This document shows, in pieces, positions 62,175 through 64,000 of a stretch of 64,000 nt of DNA. A program made the translations under genes and the position numbers. The number at the start of each line of letters is the position of its first letter. Within the stretch, counting starts at the first letter, position 1. Location: the NCBI GenBank assembly GCA_963709585.1, contig CAVPXI010000023.1, positions 128,001 to 192,000 on the forward strand. Reading direction: 5' to 3'. Under the pieces are notes generated by a model, which was given only the letters and a program-made list of their open reading frames with translations, made no database searches and was not told the origin of the DNA. This DNA comes from Candidatus Dormiibacterota bacterium. GTDB lineage: Bacteria > Chloroflexota > Dormibacteria > Aeolococcales > Aeolococcaceae.

Positions 62175-62989
62175 GCGGGGCGCTGCCGGCGCTCGTCGAC
62201 ACGCACTGTCACCTCGTGCTGCTCGAGGAGCGTGGCCTGCTCGACCAGGCGCTCGACGGCGCCGCCGCCGCCGGAGTGGACGAGATCATCTCCGTCGGTC
62301 TCAACCTCGAGGACTCGGATCGCAACCGGCAGATCGCGGAGCGCCACCCCGGTGTTTACTTCACGTGCGGATGGCATCCGCACGAGCCGGCAGCGCCCGA
62401 CGCACGCGAGCTCGAGGCGCTCGCCGAGCTGCTCGGCCACCCCAAGGCCGTCGCGGTGGGGGAGGTGGGACTCGATCTGTTCTTCCGGCCGGGGTACCAC
62501 GAGGTGCCGCTCGACATCCAGCAGCGTTCGTTTCAAGCGATGCTCGAGCTCGCCAGCGCCGCGGGAAAACCGGTGCTCATCCACGACCGCGACGCGCACG
62601 AGGAGGTGCTCGCAGCCGTGAGCGCTGTCCCCGGCAGCCGGGGCATCATGCACTGCTTCAGCGGCGACGCCGCGTTCGCTCGACGCTGTGCCGACCGAGG
62701 TCTGATCGCCTCGTTCTCCGGCATCGTCACGTTTCCTCGCGCCGAGGGCATCCAGGACGCGGCGCGCACGGTCGCGCCGGGCGGATTCGTGGTCGAGACC
62801 AACTCGCCGTTTCTCAGCCCGGTGCCGGAACGGGGCAAAGCGAATCTTCCCGAGCGCGTGGCCATCACCGCGGCAGCGGTCGCACGCCTGCGCGGAGAGA
62901 CAGTGGAGGAGGTGCGCGCCGTGACCACCCGCACCGCCCATCGTGTGCTCGGGATTGCAACCGCCCGAGCGGCCGCAGCGCGTGCCTGA
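62171..62989 (+). CDS. tatD: TatD family nuclease
   Basis: Motifs LVDTHCHL, GWHPH, AVGEVGLD, IHDRDA, MHCFSG and ET(N)SPFL. Confidence 0.93.
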   Translation: MSGALPALVDTHCHLVLLEERGLLDQALDGAAAAGVDEIISVGLNLEDSDRNRQIAERHPGVYFTCGWHPHEPAAPDARELEALAELLGHPKAVAVGEVGLDLFFRPGYHEVPLDIQQRSFQAMLELASAAGKPVLIHDRDAHEEVLAAVSAVPGSRGIMHCFSGDAAFARRCADRGLIASFSGIVTFPRAEGIQDAARTVAPGGFVVETNSPFLSPVPERGKANLPERVAITAAAVARLRGETVEEVRAVTTRTAHRVLGIATARAAAARA

Positions 62990-63866
62990 GGACGCGCGCG
63001 CCGAGCGCGCACGCCATCCGCTCGATCTGACCGATCCCAGGACGCTCACGGCAGTGGCGCGGCGCGTCGGGCTCCGACGGGACACGAGCCTCGGCCAGCA
63101 TTTCCTCGTCGATCGCGACGTGCTGGACGCCATTGTCGAGGCGCTCGGACCGGGACCCGACAGCGAGGTGCTCGAGATCGGTTGCGGGCTCGGTACGCTC
63201 ACCGGCGCGCTGGCGGCGCGAGCCCGCCGGGTGGTCGCCATCGACATCGACCCGGCGTGCGTTGCGGGGACCGAGATCACGCAGCGGGCGCATCCCAACG
63301 TCACCGTGCTCGAAGCCGACGCCCGGACACTCGATCCGGCCGCGCTCGGCTTCACCGCCGGCTGGCTCGCGACGGGCAACCTTCCGTACCAGCTCACCGG
63401 CCTTGTCTTGATGCGCCTCGTCGAGGCCGAGCAGCCACCCGCTCGCGCCGTCGTGCTCGTGCAGCGTGAGGTGGCGGCGAGGCTCGCCGCCGGGCCCGGG
63501 GACTGGAGCCTTGCGACCGTCGCGATTCGATCGCTCGCCGGCGTCGAGCGCATCCTCGACGTGCCGCCGAGCGCCTTCGATCCGCCCCCGGCGGTGCACT
63601 CGTCGATCATCAGGATCGTGCCGGCGGCCAAGGCGGACCCGGCGATTCGAGCCTCGATGCTGGCGCTTGCCAAACCACTCTTCCAGTCGCGGCGCAAGAC
63701 CCTTCGCAACGGCGTGTCGCGGGTGCTCGGCGGCGACCTCGCCGGCGCCGGGGTCGCGCTGGCGGACGCGGGCATCGATCCGGGGCGCCGGCCCGGTACG
63801 CTTCGCCTTGATGAGTGGGAACTCCTCGCGCGCGCGGTCGCGGAGGTGAGGTTGGTGAGGCGATGA
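62982..63866 (+). CDS. rsmA: 16S rRNA dimethyladenosine transferase
   Basis: Motifs LGQHFL, VLEIGCGLGTLT, GNLPYQ, QREVAARL, FDPPPAVHS and FQSRRKTL. Confidence 0.95.
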   Translation: MPEDARAERARHPLDLTDPRTLTAVARRVGLRRDTSLGQHFLVDRDVLDAIVEALGPGPDSEVLEIGCGLGTLTGALAARARRVVAIDIDPACVAGTEITQRAHPNVTVLEADARTLDPAALGFTAGWLATGNLPYQLTGLVLMRLVEAEQPPARAVVLVQREVAARLAAGPGDWSLATVAIRSLAGVERILDVPPSAFDPPPAVHSSIIRIVPAAKADPAIRASMLALAKPLFQSRRKTLRNGVSRVLGGDLAGAGVALADAGIDPGRRPGTLRLDEWELLARAVAEVRLVRR

Positions 63867-64000
63867 GGCGGCAGCCCATCACCAGCCCCCCAAGCGAGCC
63901 CGAGGAGGACGGTGTGGTCGCGCCCCTCCACGCCTCGCGCCCCGCGATCGGGGCAGCTTCCGAACAGCGCCAGGGATTCGCCGCCGTCCTGCGCCGCCGC
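63863..64000 (+). CDS. Start of a further CDS truncated by the window end (function not assignable)
   Basis: The ATG overlaps the rsmA stop (ATGA) and the frame is open to the window end. Confidence 0.45.
   Translation, partial: MRRQPITSPPSEPEEDGVVAPLHASRPAIGAASEQRQGFAAVLRRR

Noticed and set aside
61490-62989. Apparent 499-aa RsmI-TatD fusion in the ORF track
   Set aside because: It is produced by the 1-nt insertion near 61980. The true rsmI end lies in another frame and overlaps the tatD start (GTGA).

Overview
This is a high-GC bacterial chromosome segment made mostly of core genes. The gene order and protein forms (Firmicutes-like synteny, short EF-Ts, archaeal-type ProRS, split Gln-dependent NAD synthetase) suggest a monoderm Terrabacteria lineage such as Ca. 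Dormibacterota or Chloroflexota; this is inference. The backbone runs rplS-yraN-[4 kb accessory insert]-comM-dprA-topA-hslVU-rpsB-tsf-pyrH-frr-uppS-cdsA-dxr-rseP-ispG-proS, then a reverse-strand sat-cysC-LysR operon and rel. Next come a second accessory island (GNAT, orphan membrane proteins, a DUF222-HNH nuclease with a LexA-type box), hisS-aspS, and an anti-sigma/SigB-type pair. The rest is alaS, ruvX, aro genes, efp-asp23-nusB-xseAB, tlyA-nadK-recN-scpAB-rluB-cmk-dinG, split nadE and rsmI-tatD-rsmA. The best candidate for an undescribed system lies between alaS and ruvX: an orphan FtsA-like actin ATPase (no ftsZ here) followed by a bitopic membrane protein whose outer part has baseplate-J/gp47-like motifs but no phage genes nearby. 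Other highlights are an apparently kinase-dead RsbW without RsbV, an XseB with an SSB-like DDVPF tail, and many leaderless-type promoters. Eight frameshifts or substitutions of usually conserved residues all fall on GAGTC/GACTC sites, probably long-read errors that reveal a host methylation motif. No rRNA, tRNA or CRISPR array was seen.
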